Assembly: GCA_013239625.1 (NCBI GenBank)
Contig: MU055753.1
Location: 4,266,153 to 4,326,152, forward strand
Source of the DNA: Lama guanicoe
Lineage: Eukaryota
DNA: 60,000 nucleotides
Direction of reading: 5' to 3'
Numbering within the stretch: position 1 is the stretch's first letter; every line of letters starts with the position of its first letter. Position numbers and translations under genes: made by a program. Shown piece after piece: positions 1-11,968 of the stretch. The notes beneath the pieces were generated by a model. It worked only from the letters and a program-made list of their open reading frames with translations. It had not been told where the DNA came from and searched no databases.

Positions 1-198
1 ACGTGGTATTTTCACACAGTGTATTAAAACATCAGTATTAATGCAAAAACCCACGTAGACCGAAATATGCAAAGTTCAGGTAAAGGCAGGATGAGTACTG
101 CTGACTTTTCCTGTTGCCCCAGGCACCAGTATGGCCCTGGTACTATCTCACTCACCCTCACCGCCCCATCGTTCCCACGTTCCTTCCTTCTTCACCCC

Positions 199-290
199 TT
201 CACTCACTCACTCACTCACTCACTCACTCATTCATTCATTCAACAGGTGTTTGTGGAGACCTGGGTGCTGGGCCTGGAGAGACACAGCCC
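199..290. repeat. (TCAC)n/(TCAT)n microsatellite grading into an L2-like 3' end, in HBZ intron 1
   Basis: tcactcactcac...cattcattcattcaacaggtgtttgtggag; typical L2 tail pattern. Confidence 0.65.
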
Positions 291-465
291 TACAGTCATC
301 TCCCCTCCGAGTTCACCTCCTCTTCCTGCTCACCGGCCACCATCCCCTGTCCTCACCACTGACCGCACCTCCCTGTCCCCTCCTCACTGACCGCTGTCCT
401 TACTGTCCTCTCCTCTCTGGCCCACAGTCACCTGCCCGGCTACATCCAGCCCAGCTGGCACTCAC

Positions 466-560
466 CTTTCCAGGGCCTCCATGCCGATGACGTCCGCCTG
501 TGTGGCGATCTTGCCCCACATGGACACAACGATGGTCCTCTCAGCCTTGGTCAGAGACAT
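466..560 (-). CDS. HBZ: Zeta-globin (embryonic alpha-like globin) exon 1; exons 2-3 lie left of the window
   Basis: Minus strand GCCGCCACC-ATG at 560 translates MSLTKAERTIVVSMWGKIATQADVIGMEALE(R). The 95-nt length is canonical for alpha-type globin exon 1 and it ends at AAG|GTGAGT. Position next to NPRL3 is syntenic. Confidence 0.97.
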
Positions 561-860
561 GGTGGCGGCTGACCTAGAGCTAGGTGTGCTCAGAACTGGC
601 CTCCATGGTGCTCGGCCCCCAGGGTCCCCTTATATACCTGGAGCCAGGGTGAGGGCCAGGCTGTGGTCATCTCTGGGAGAGGGGAGGGGGTTTGGGTGGT
701 GGGGCCTCTTATCAGATGCAGTGACAATGGGCAGTCAGGCCTGGTGGGCCTGGTGGGGTGAGGGGCTATCACTCGGGCCTCCCTTGCTGGGCCTTGGCAG
801 AGAGAATAGAGGGGGCGTTGGCCGCAGCCTGACCAGACTCCAGGAGAGATAGGGGCCCCG
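561..860 (-). promoter_or_regulatory. HBZ promoter: TATA box, GATA and CACC elements
   Basis: TATATAA on minus (630-636), TGATAA on minus (709-714), CCACCC and C-rich tracts (about 680-704), further GATA-like sites near 765-770 and 847-852. No CCAAT seen. Confidence 0.85.
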
Positions 861-1279
861 CCAACCCAGGAGGTCCTCCGGCATTTGCAGCCCAGCTCTG
901 CACTGTCCTTGTCCATCTCAGAATCACAAAATGGGAGAAGCTGGATGACCACACACCTTCCTCAGCTGGCTCATGTCACGTTGCCTGCATCACTCCTCAG
1001 TGGGTCCTGTGGCTAGACCAGCCTTTCACATACCAGTTCTCTCCCCCTGGCTCTACGATCCCTGGATTTTCTCCGAGAAAGCAATGGTTTTGCCCAGTGG
1101 GCTCTGAGTGGGGAGGGAGTGACTGGTTCTGACCCTGAAAAGCTGGAGGAGGTGGCAGGTCAATAAAAGAGGGTCCTTCTAATGTCATGTGCTTTTAGGG
1201 ACTGCTGTGTTGCTCACCATACCATAATTTAAACATCATGAGGCAAATACTCCTTTTAACTATATTTCAACATATGGCA

Positions 1280-2520
1280 CCATTGATTTTTTTAGTGTGC
1301 TGCTCTTTGAATTTTGACACAGGTATAGATCTGTGTAACCCTCACCAGAATCAGGATACATAACGGCTCCATCAACCCAGAAAACTCCCACATGCTGCCC
1401 CTTTGCCATCTCACCTTCCTCTGTCCCCCCAAACTCTGACAATCACTCTAATTTGGTCTTTTTCAAGAATATCCTGTAAATGGAATCACACAGTATAAAG
1501 CATCTTTTAGGACTGGCTTCTTTTACTTAGTGTAATACCCTCAAGGACCATGCATGTTGTTGCCTGTATGCGTAGTTTCTTTTTATTGCAGAGTAGTATT
1601 CTGTGGTGTTAATGTTCATTCATTCTCCCATGCAACAATTGTTTGTTTGTTTTTTCCAGTTTGGAGCTATTACAAATAAAACTGCTATGAACCTTCTTGT
1701 GTAGGTCTTTATGTGAACATAAGTTTTTATTTCTCTAGGATGATACCCTATCTAGGAGTAGGATCATTGGTTCATGTGCTAAGTGCATGTTTAACTTTGT
1801 GAAAAACTGCTAAACTGCTCCAGAGTGGCTGGACCATTTTGCATCCCTCAGCAGTGAAGGGGAGTCTTATTTGCCCTGCATCCTTTCAGTGCTTTTACGT
1901 GTTAGTCAGTCTGACAGTTGTGAGATGATCTGTCATTGCGGCTTCAATTTGCATTTCTCTGATGGCCAGGGGTGTGGAGCATCTTTTTGCGTGCTCATTT
2001 GCGGTCCTCTTTGGTGAAGTATCTGTTCTGGTCTTTTGCCCATTTTTCTCCTAGTTTGTAGTTTGTTATTTTATCCTTTCAAAAGTGTCATTTGTAGAGC
2101 CAAAGTTTTATTTTTGATGATGTCTAATTTACTAAGTTTTTCTTTTAAGATTCATGCTTTTAGAATCATGCCTGAGAATACTGTGCCTAATCCCAGGTCG
2201 CAGAGATCTTCATCTCTGGTTTCTTCTAAATGTTTCATAGTTTACATTTTACACTTAGATCTAAGATCTGTTTTGTGATAACTGTTGTGTAAGGGGTGAC
2301 GGTTAGTCCTATGAGTGTCCAATTATTCCAACACCTTTTGTTGAAAACACTATACTTCCTCTATCAAATTGCCTTCTCTAGCTTGTTTGCAAAAAAATTA
2401 ATTGGACAGTTTCTGCATGTCTATTTCTGAACCCTCTATTTTGTTCTGTTGACCTCTGTGTCTTTCACCCAGATCATACTGTCTTTATTACTGTAACTTT
2501 ATTGTTAACTCTTAAAATTA
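1280..2520 (-). mobile_element. Old L1 (L1M-type) 3' fragments
   Basis: Motifs such as aatggaatcacacagta, ttttattgcagagtagtattc, tttgcatttctctgatg and ccaacaccttttgttgaaaa; no intact ORF. Confidence 0.75.
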
Positions 2521-2790
2521 GATACTATCCCAAGAATGGCAGGAATATTTGCTTAGAATATATCTGATAAGGGACTGATACAAAATAGAAAAAAACCTTA
2601 CAACTCAAAAATAAAGAGACAAATAATGAATTGAAAACTGGACAAAAGACTTTAATAGACATTCCTGTAAAGAAAACATACAGATGGCCAATAATCACAT
2701 GAAAAAATGCTTAACTCATTAGTGAAATTCAAATCAAAACCAAAAAATGATAGCACATCCCATCCATTAATACGACTATAGTAAAAAATT

Positions 2791-2820
2791 CTAACCTTAA
2801 ACCCTAACCCTAACCTTACC
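2791..2820 (+). repeat. Short degenerate interstitial telomere-like repeat (CCCTAA)n
   Basis: ctaa ccttaa a ccctaa ccctaa ccttac c. Confidence 0.6.
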
Positions 2821-3433
2821 TACACGTACTAGAACAGCTATATTAAAAAGACAAGATAACAAGTGTTGGCGAGGAGGTGGAGAAACTGGAATCTGTGGAC
2901 ACTGTGGGTGGGAATGTGAAATGGTGCAGCTACTGTGGGAAACAGTCTGGAAGTTCCTCAAAAGGTTAAATATGGAGTTACCATGTGACCCAGCAATTCC
3001 ATTCCTAGGTATAGACCCAAGAAAATAAAAATCTGCGTCCACACAAAAACTTGTACCATGGTCACAGCACCACTATTCATAACAGCCCCAAAGTGCAAAC
3101 AACCCAAATGTCCTTCAGCTGATGAATGGGTGAATAAAACATGGTAGAATCAGTGCAATGGAATAGTATTCAGTCATAAAAGGGAACAAAGTACTGAAGA
3201 GGTGAGTGAGCCTTGAACAAATACATATTGTATGATTCCATTTATATAAATGGCCAGGATAGGCAGCTCCTTGGAGACAGAAAGTAGATGAAGTTGTCTA
3301 GGGCTGGGGTGGTTGGAGGATGTGACTGCTAATAGATACGGGGTTTCTTTTAGGGTGATGAAATTTTCTAATTGTGGTGATATTTGCATAACTCTCTGAA
3401 TATACTAAAGCCCACTGAGCTGCACACTTTAAA

Positions 3434-3619
3434 AAAAATTTTTTTTAATTTCTCCTTCATTTACTAGGGATATTTTCAATAGATAGAGATTCCAGGTTAG
3501 CAATGTTGTTTTATTCTATTTTACCAGCACTTTTGTTGTTAATGGAGGTACTGGAGATTGAACCCAGGACCTCATGTATGCTAAGCATGCACTCTACCAC
3601 TGAGCTATTTCCCTCCCCC
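3434..3619 (-). mobile_element. tRNA-derived SINE (camelid Vic-1-like) with an atypical 3' extension
   Basis: Head at 3541-3619 (A box tagctcagtggtaga, B box gggttcaatctcc); flanked by the direct repeat gcacactttaaa (3422-3433 / 3627-3638). Confidence 0.88.
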
Positions 3620-4959
3620 CTGAATGGCACACTTTAAATGGGTGATATGTATGGTATGTGAATTTTATCTCAATAATGCTGTTGAAAGACTGGGTAATGT
3701 CATTCATCTCTCTTTATTCTTCTTTTCCAAAATGGTTTTGGCTGTTCTGACTCCTTTCCAGATGAGTTTCAGGGTTAGTCAGAGTTATCTGCACAAAAGT
3801 CTGCTGGACTTTTTGCAGAATCAGAGGTACACATTTCCTGGGTAGAGAGAGAGTTCTGATCAGAGACATTCTGCTGAACTATTCTTGGAGAAAACTGTGA
3901 GGCTTAGATAAGCCCTCTGATTGGAAACCATGTGTACAACAAGCAGGTATTGAGAACCTTCTGTATGCCAACACAGTGCCTGGCATTTTATTGTGTTACG
4001 GTGCTCACTTCCACACCTGAGATTGAGTTGATGTTTGAGGGCAGGGGCAGTGACTGATGGATGCTGAGCTGACAGACAGGTGTTACACCCTGGCTGTTTG
4101 GTTCTGCCTGTGGCCTGGAGGCCAATTCCAGGCAGCACTGCCAGGTCCCTCTCCTTCCTGTCTCTCCCTACTTACATTCCACAACTGCCCCTCTCTTCTT
4201 AAGTGACAGAATTTCCCTCTTGCAGGGATGTGCCCACCCTCCATTGGCCTCATGCTTGTCGCTCATTTTCCTGGGCAGTGTTGCTCTGCTGACTCTGGGC
4301 TCCACTTGTTCACAGAGACTGTGGCTTGCCCCTCTCAGTTCCTTCCTAGATGGACAGGATGAGCCTGGTGCTTCCTGGTCACCTCTTGCTGTCACTTGAT
4401 GCAGAAGGAAACCCCAGGGCCACCTGCAGGATCTGGGCCTGCAGGAAGGGTGTGTAAAGTTGTTCCCAAGGCCTCAGCTCCTAGAAAGGAGAGAAGTCAT
4501 CAGGGAGAGAGACAGAAATGGACAGGCAGAGAGACAGATTGGCAGAGGAAACAGAATACAGCAAGTGAGACAGAGAAGGCTGAGGGTCAGGTGGAAGGAA
4601 GGTCAGGCAGAGGGAGGGGGTCTGGGGGTCCTGGGTGAGGCTGGAGCTGGTCCTCTGGTTGAAGGTACTAGGTTTGTCCTTGGGGGAAGTACAGAGGGGT
4701 CTCAGTGAGGGAAGTTCCTGGGGGAAGCCCTCCAGCTGCAGTGTCTAGGGTCTGTGGCCAGGGGACAGCATAGGAAGCAATGACTGTGGACACCAGGATG
4801 CCTTTTCCAGGCTCTCAACACGGGGACGGTCCTCCCCTCCTCTCAGGCCTTAGGGCCTCCCCCTTTCCCCCATCCTTGGCCTCCATAGGAGCCACCTTGT
4901 GTCTGAAACCTCCACACCCTTCAGGGCATTGGTGTGGGCAGGGGTCCTTTCCTTTTTAC

Positions 4960-6365
4960 CTTTATTCATTGTGAAATATAGACATATGTCCTAGGAGTGA
5001 ATTATAATGAGGCCCATACTCAGACCTCAATCCTCCCCAAAGGTACACCCTACCCTGACTTACCTCTTGCTTTTCAATACCTTTTAACACCAAATATGTG
5101 TCCTCAGGCACTATGGTTGTTTTTGCCAGTTTTTGCCCCGCAGGTACTTGAAAGAGTCCGGTGGGCCCTCTGTTGTGTCTGTCTTCTGTCACATATGTTG
5201 CTGACAGGCCAGCCATGCTGGGGGTGTTCCCTGCCATCCCTGTGTTGTGTTTCTTTGTCGGAAGGGACCACGAGTTCCCCAGTGGACTGGGGATGGACGT
5301 TTGGGTTGTTCAGTTCTTGACTATTATGAACAGTGCTGCCGTGAGCATTCTGTGAGGTACTTTCCTGGGAGCGGGGCAGCTGGGTCTAAGCTGTGGGAAT
5401 TCTCAACTTTAGCATATAATGCGAGATGCTTTCTGGAGCAGCTGGACCAACTCACATGATGTATGAGGGTTCCTCTTGCCCCACATCCTTCCAAACATTT
5501 GGTATGGTCGGTCCTGGTCTTAAATCTTAGCTTTTCTGGTGGGTGTGTAGTAGTTTCTCACGTGGTCTTAATTTGTACTTTCCTGACACTGACAAGGTTG
5601 CGCCTCCGTTCATATATTTACTGTCCACTTGGGTTTCATATTTATTATTTATTTATTCATTTATTTGCTTAGGATTTCTCATTTCTTGAAGTATCCAGTC
5701 ATGGCCATTTTTCTACAGTGTTGCCAGAGTTACTGGTTTATAGGGATTTAAAAAGTATTCTGGACATTAGCTTTCTGTCAGTTTCATGTGTCTTATCGCC
5801 CCCAGGGTCTGTGGTTTGCCTCTACTTTCTGAATGCTGTTTTTGGTGGAGTAGAAGTAGATCATTTAAATGCAGTCAAATTTAGTGATTAAAAAAAATCT
5901 GTTTAAAAATGTCGTACCTTTGTATACACAATATCCAAGAGGTAGAAACAACCCACTTGTCCATCAGTGAATGAATGGATAAACAAACTGTGTTATTTCC
6001 ACAAAATGAGACTTTATTCAGCCACAAAAATAAAGCACTGCACTTGTTACAACTCGGACGAACTTTGAAAACACTATACCAAGGAAAGAAGCCAGATATG
6101 AGAGGCCATATGCTGTGTGAATCTCTTTATATGAATTGTCCAGAACAGGCAAATTCAGGAGACGGAAAGTGGATGAGTGGGTGCTGGGGGCTGTGGGGAG
6201 GAGGACAAGGAGCAGTTGCACAGTGGGTACTAGGCTTCCTCTTGGGAGGATGAAAATAATCTGGAACTAGTTCGTGACCATGGTTGCGCCCATTACGAAT
6301 AAAGGAAATGCCACCGACTGTTCCCTTTAAAGTGGTTAATTTTGCATTATGCAAATTTTACCTAA
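4960..6365. mobile_element. Degenerate L1 fragments in both orientations
   Basis: L1 3' motifs (ttgactattatgaacagtgctg; gaatggataaacaaactgtg; aggcaaattcaggagacggaaag). Confidence 0.7.
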
Positions 6366-6502
6366 ATTTTTTTTCTTTTAGCTTCTTTTGGAGGGGTATG
6401 TAATTAGGTTTATTTATTTATTTTAATGGAAGTACCAGGGATTAAACCCAGGACCTCCTGCATGCTAAGCAGGCACTCTACCACTGAGCTATAACCTCCC
6501 CC
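6366..6502 (-). mobile_element. tRNA-derived SINE (Vic-1-like)
   Basis: Reverse complement reads gggggaggttatagctcagtggtagagtgcctgcttagcatgcaggaggtcctgggtttaatccc...aaataaataaacctaattac. Confidence 0.9.
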
Positions 6503-7199
6503 TTTCAATTTTTGTTTAAAAAGTTGAATACGAGTTGTGTGCCGAGGTGAAGCAAACTTTCCATGCCACCTTTCTAAGGACTTTACTTTCTTGTCCCTTG
6601 AGCTGAGCAGCAGTCCCCATTGGACTGACTTTGTGTGTGGTCTCGGGTGAGGCCTGCTGTCTGGCTCTAGCTGACCCATATAGAGCACTTTCTAAAGTTC
6701 TGGGCGTGGTGCAGACTGGATACTCTTCATGCTGGGTATGCAACCCTCACAGCTCTGCGAGAGTTTTGCTTTATCATCATTTCATGCTTTAAGATAAGGA
6801 AACGGAGTCTTGGAAAGTTTACAAAACATGATCAAAGTGTCAGTGGAGGAGGGAATCAGCCCCTGTGGGGAGAGGAGACTGAGGTTTGAGATGGGCAAGT
6901 CTTTTCTGTTTCTGAGCCTGGGTTTCCCACCTGACACAAGAGGGTCCTTCCTGAGCCCATGCAGGACTCAGAGCTTGCTGGTCTCTGGGCTGGATTCCAA
7001 GCCTCAGACTTCTTCAGAGCTTGCATAGCTGGAGCTGAGCTCAGAGAGGCCCTGGTCTCCCAGCAGAATGTTGAGACAAAGTTCTACAGACCCTCTCCCA
7101 AGAGCAGCCCCTGGGCAGGGTAAGTCACCTTAGGAGTCCTAGTTTCACTGTTTTAACCTCTACCTCACTCATAAGAATCATGTTCTGCTGCCATGTGAC

Positions 7200-7420
7200 C
7201 TTGAGACACAGCAGCATGAATTCAGGTGATTAGAGTTACTGTCGTGAGCGAGTGATTCTTCCCGGGCAGAAACACTGCAGTGGCAGTGGTGGGTCTGAGA
7301 TAGGGCCTGCGAGCCCTGCCTGGCCCTCTGACAGTCTGTCGTGGCTCTATCAGGCCCAGACCGTGTGGTGGGACCGATAAGGCCTGGCCTTCTGCACAGC
7401 CTCCTGGCCCTGCCTAGGGG
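7200..7420. promoter_or_regulatory. Candidate alpha-globin enhancer MCS-R4 (HS-10 equivalent)
   Basis: Three GATA cores within about 85 bp (AGATAG 7298-7303, CTATCA 7347-7352, CGATAA 7375-7380) plus GGTGGG boxes, in unique sequence between HBZ and the NPRL3 promoter, where R4 lies in human and mouse. Confidence 0.6.
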
Positions 7421-8794
7421 GACCCAGGCTCGGAGGAAGGGTCGAGAGTTTGTTTCCAAGAATCCAGTTACCTCTAAAAAAGGTAGGTTACAAAAGAATT
7501 ATTTAAATTTTTTTAATGTAAATTTAAAATGAGGTCATAGAGATGTGGGGTGCTGGCAGGGAAGAGCCTGAGGACATGGCCTGCAGTAAGCAGAGGCTGC
7601 CCTGGGCACATTGCTGTCCAGGAGACCCTTGTTCCCACTTCTGTTCCTGGTGGGGAGCTTGAGGCCCATGGCAGGGCCAGCCTACCATCATTCCCTCTGG
7701 CTGCTGATACATGAGTCCTGATTTCTGTATCAGCCCAATGAGGCAGAGAAACATGGCCACTGAGGTGCTATCGGTGAACGTGGCATGGAATTCAGATCCC
7801 TGCTTTCTCCAGTCCTGCCCTAGACAGCCTACACCTGAGCACTGTGGGGGTAGCCCGGGAAGGGATGTATCCAGGACTTCTGTGGCCAGGATCTTGGTGA
7901 CTACACTTCACCGTTCGTGGATTCCAGTGCTTCATACAATGAAAAGATATTAACCTATAGAGCCTTCTTCTCCTAGCCCAGACACAGCCAGGTTCTGTGG
8001 CCATAGGACTATCTAGTAGGGCAGCAGCATGTCCAGGGAAGTCGGAGGAAGGACGCCTGAGCCAGAGTCCTGGTTCTCCCGTCTGGACACCTGCAGATTC
8101 CCAGTGACCCTGTGGGGAGGCCCATTACCACAGTGGGCCATTTCCCTTCAACAGTGGGCTACCCCTTCCCTATCCACCCAGCTTCCCAGCCTCACCTCCT
8201 GCCCCTCTGCCCTTCTTGTCATTGTAGGGATGCTCCTGGGAACTGCGGGAATACTCAGAAACCTTTTGATGATACATAAAATCAAAATCTACTAGACTGA
8301 GAAAAAGTCTTGCAGAATCTGTCACAGAGGGGAACTAACCCTTAGAAAGAAAGAACAAATCAAAGGACAAACAACCCAGAAGGAAACATGAAGGCAGTTC
8401 AAAGACACTGGCAAATAATCAAGTGATAGTTCTGTTCCTTAGTAATAATCAGAGAAATGCAACATAAGACATGATTTCCCTTTTTGGAAATTTTGGGAAA
8501 AAATAAAGTCAATGCTATGTAGCCCCAGGCAGGGCAGTACTTTCTTGGGTTCTGTTTGAGACGTTTGAAATGCATGTACCCTTCACCTTGGCAGGTCCAA
8601 CCCACAAATCTGTCCTGCAAAATACATGTTTATGTCAGCTTCAGTGAGGGAGGTTACTTCAGCAGTGAACACTTAGTCCTGCATCCGATGCAATTGAGAA
8701 AGATTTGGAGACAGTTTCGCAGTAGAGTGTGCACTACAGTTACCTCCTGGGGAAGACTGGGTGGGGTGGGTGGGTTAATTTTTTTTCACTTTTT

Positions 8795-10010
8795 AAAAAC
8801 AGCTGTATTGTGAGATAGAATTTACATACCATAAATTTCATCCATTTAAAGTGTGCAGCTCAGTAGGCTTTAGTATATTCAGAGAGTTATGCAAGTATCA
8901 CCACAATTAGAACATTTTTGTCAACCCAAAAGAAACCCAATACCCATTAACAGTCACACCCTCCAACTACCGCAGTCCTAGACAACCTAATCTACCTTCT
9001 GTCTCCAAGGATTTGCCTATTTTGGCCATTTATATGAATGGAATCATACAACATGTATTTGTTCAAGGTTCACTCATGTATCAGTATTTCTTCCCCTTTT
9101 ATGACCAAATACTATTTCATTGCATGGATTCTACCATATTTTATTCACCCATTCATCAGCTGAAGGACATTTGGGTTGTTTTCACTTTGGGGCTGTTATG
9201 AATAGTGGTGCTTTGACCATGGTACAGGTTTTTGTGTGGACACAGGTTTTTATTCTCTTGGGTCTATACCTAGGAATGGAATTGCTGGGTCACATGGTAA
9301 CTCCATGTTTAACCTTTTGAGGAACTTCCAGACTGTTTCCAACAGTAGCTGCACCATTTCACATTCCCACCCAGTGTCCACAGATTCCAGTTTCTCCACC
9401 TCTTAGCCAACACTTGTTATTTCACTTATCGATTATAGCCATTCTACTGGGTGTGAGGTGGTATCTCTTTTTGGTTTAGATTTGCATTTCTCTAACAAGC
9501 AGTGATGTTTAGCATATTTTCACATGCTTACTGGCCACTTGTCTTAATTTCGAGAAGTGTCTGTTCACATCCTTTATCTGCTTTTCAATTGGTTACTTGC
9601 CTTTTTCTTGTAGAACTGTAAAAGTTAAAAAAAAATTCTGGATACAATTCCCTTATCAGATAAATGACTTGTAAATATTTTCTCCCATTCGGTGGGTGCT
9701 TTTTTCAAAAAACATTTTTATTGGTTTATAATCATTTTACAATGTTGTGTCAAATTCCAGTGTAGAGCACAATTTTTCAGCTATACATGAACATCGTGGG
9801 TGCCTTTTTTAACTTTTGGGGTGTTATCCTTTAAAGCGTAAAAGTTTTTGACTTGATGAAGTCCAATTAACTATTTCTTTGGTCGCTTGTGCATTTGATG
9901 TCATACTTTAGGAACCACTGCCTAGTCCCAGGTCACGAAGACTCACCCTTGTGTTTTCCCCGTGTTTCAGTGTTAGCTCTTATACTTAGGTCTTTCATCC
10001 ACTAACGTGA
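8795..10010 (-). mobile_element. Old L1 (L1MB-like) 3' region, inverted partner of the 2530-3690 copy
   Basis: Reverse complement of 8845-9420 aligns to 2856-3433; continues into the ORF2-end region to about 10010. Confidence 0.85.
9706..9795 (-). mobile_element. Very short 5'-truncated younger L1 3' end nested in the old L1
   Basis: tttttattggtttataatcattttacaatgttgtgtcaaattccagtgtagagc, flanked by gtgggtgcYttttt direct repeats (9692-9705 / 9796-9809). Confidence 0.7.
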
Positions 10011-10164
10011 TTTCTTCAACCTATTTTACATTTCTAAGTTTGAACTCTCTGCCCAAAGCAACTGTTACTTTTATAACCTAGAAGAGTAAGTTGAACCTAA
10101 GGGTTAAACCGACCCCAGTTTCTTATTCACGTTGCTAGTGGTTCTCTTCTCCCTATACGAGGAA

Positions 10165-10780
<616 letters not shown>

Positions 10781-11842
10781 TGAGGCTGCTTCCCTCACAG
10801 TTGACAGTGAACCCTGTACTTGTTTCTTCTCCGCTTCGTTCAGGCGATGCCTTCTCACTGTAGTGTTTGGAAAGTATAGGAAAGTGGAAAAAAAAAAAAA
10901 AAGAGGAAAATCACTCTTAGTTTCAACATAACAAAGCCACTCTTGTTCACGTTTCATCGGTGTTTCTAGCCTTTTAAAAGCTATATAAGCGCTATATGAA
11001 TGGATTTAGCTTGTAAAAAGTATGAAATCCACGTATACCTGGAATTTTCTTTGACCACTGCTCCCCAGTTGTGGTCGTCCTCCCCCACTGCAGGGATAAC
11101 CACCTTCCTATTTTGGTAGTTGTTCCTCCTGTACAGAGACACCAAATATGTATCCATAGAAAAATAGTGTATTGCTTTTGGGATTTTACCCTCACATAGA
11201 TGCATTTTCTGTAGCTCTTTTTCCCAGTGAACAATCTGCCTTGGAGCACTTTCCAACCAAGTAAACAAATCATCCTCACTCTTTGTTGGTACCAACATGC
11301 CGTTTCCTTGTGGTTGGAGATTTAGGTTACTTGCAGCTTTTCACTGTCGTGAATATGCAGTTTGTAGAATTTTAAAAAGCACTTTAAAATTTTTAGTATG
11401 GCACAAAGTTTTAAAGATACAAAGGGGTTTAGGTTATGAAAAAGTTATTTCCCATCATTGGCTCCCAGCCACCCACATCCCCTTGTAGGGCCTGATGCAG
11501 TTACCATTTTCCTGTGCTCTTTCTGGAACCTTCTGTGTCAATACAAACATACACACACATTATTTTATTTTCTAAGCACAAATATACACTACACACTGTT
11601 CTGCCGTATTGTTTTCATTTTCTCTTTACATCTTGGTTATAGATTCAGAGTTATAATCAGAATCATGGGAGCAACACACTATGATTTACTCATCCAATCC
11701 TCTGCTACTGAGCATTTAAGTTGATTCCAGTCTAATACCGTGTGAATGTCCTTTATGTATATATTTTCATTCTGCAGAATGTAGGATCATTTCCCAGAAA
11801 TGAGATGGTTTTATCCAAGGGAAAATGAGCATGTGTATTTTT

Positions 11843-11968
11843 TTTTTAATTTTTTTTTTTTTGGAGGGGGAGGTAATTAGGTTTATTTATTTATTTCAAT
11901 GGAGGCACTGGGGATTGAACCTCATGCATGCTAGGCATACACTCTACCAATGAGCCAGACCTTCCCCC
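11843..11968 (-). mobile_element. tRNA-derived SINE (Vic-1-like), internally deleted
   Basis: Same consensus as the other copies; TSD tgtgtattttt (11832-11842 / 11969-11979). Confidence 0.88.

Larger units (their letters stand above)
2530..3690 (+). mobile_element. Old L1 (L1MB-like) 3' region, interrupted by a telomere-like filler (2791-2820) and a SINE (3434-3619)
   Basis: ggtgggaatgtgaaatggtgcagc, gacccagcaattccattcctagg, tgtatgattccatttatat, and an L1M 3' terminus at about 3640-3685. Confidence 0.85.

Noticed and set aside
1..465. Absence of HBZ exons 2-3, suggesting a pseudogene
   Set aside because: The window starts inside intron 1, which is long in zeta genes; exon 1 and its donor are intact.
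3541..3619. tRNA-like sequence with A and B boxes (also near 6430, 11900, 13735, 39410 and 59000)
   Set aside because: Multiple diverged copies with AT-rich tails and TSDs: these are SINEs, not tRNA genes.
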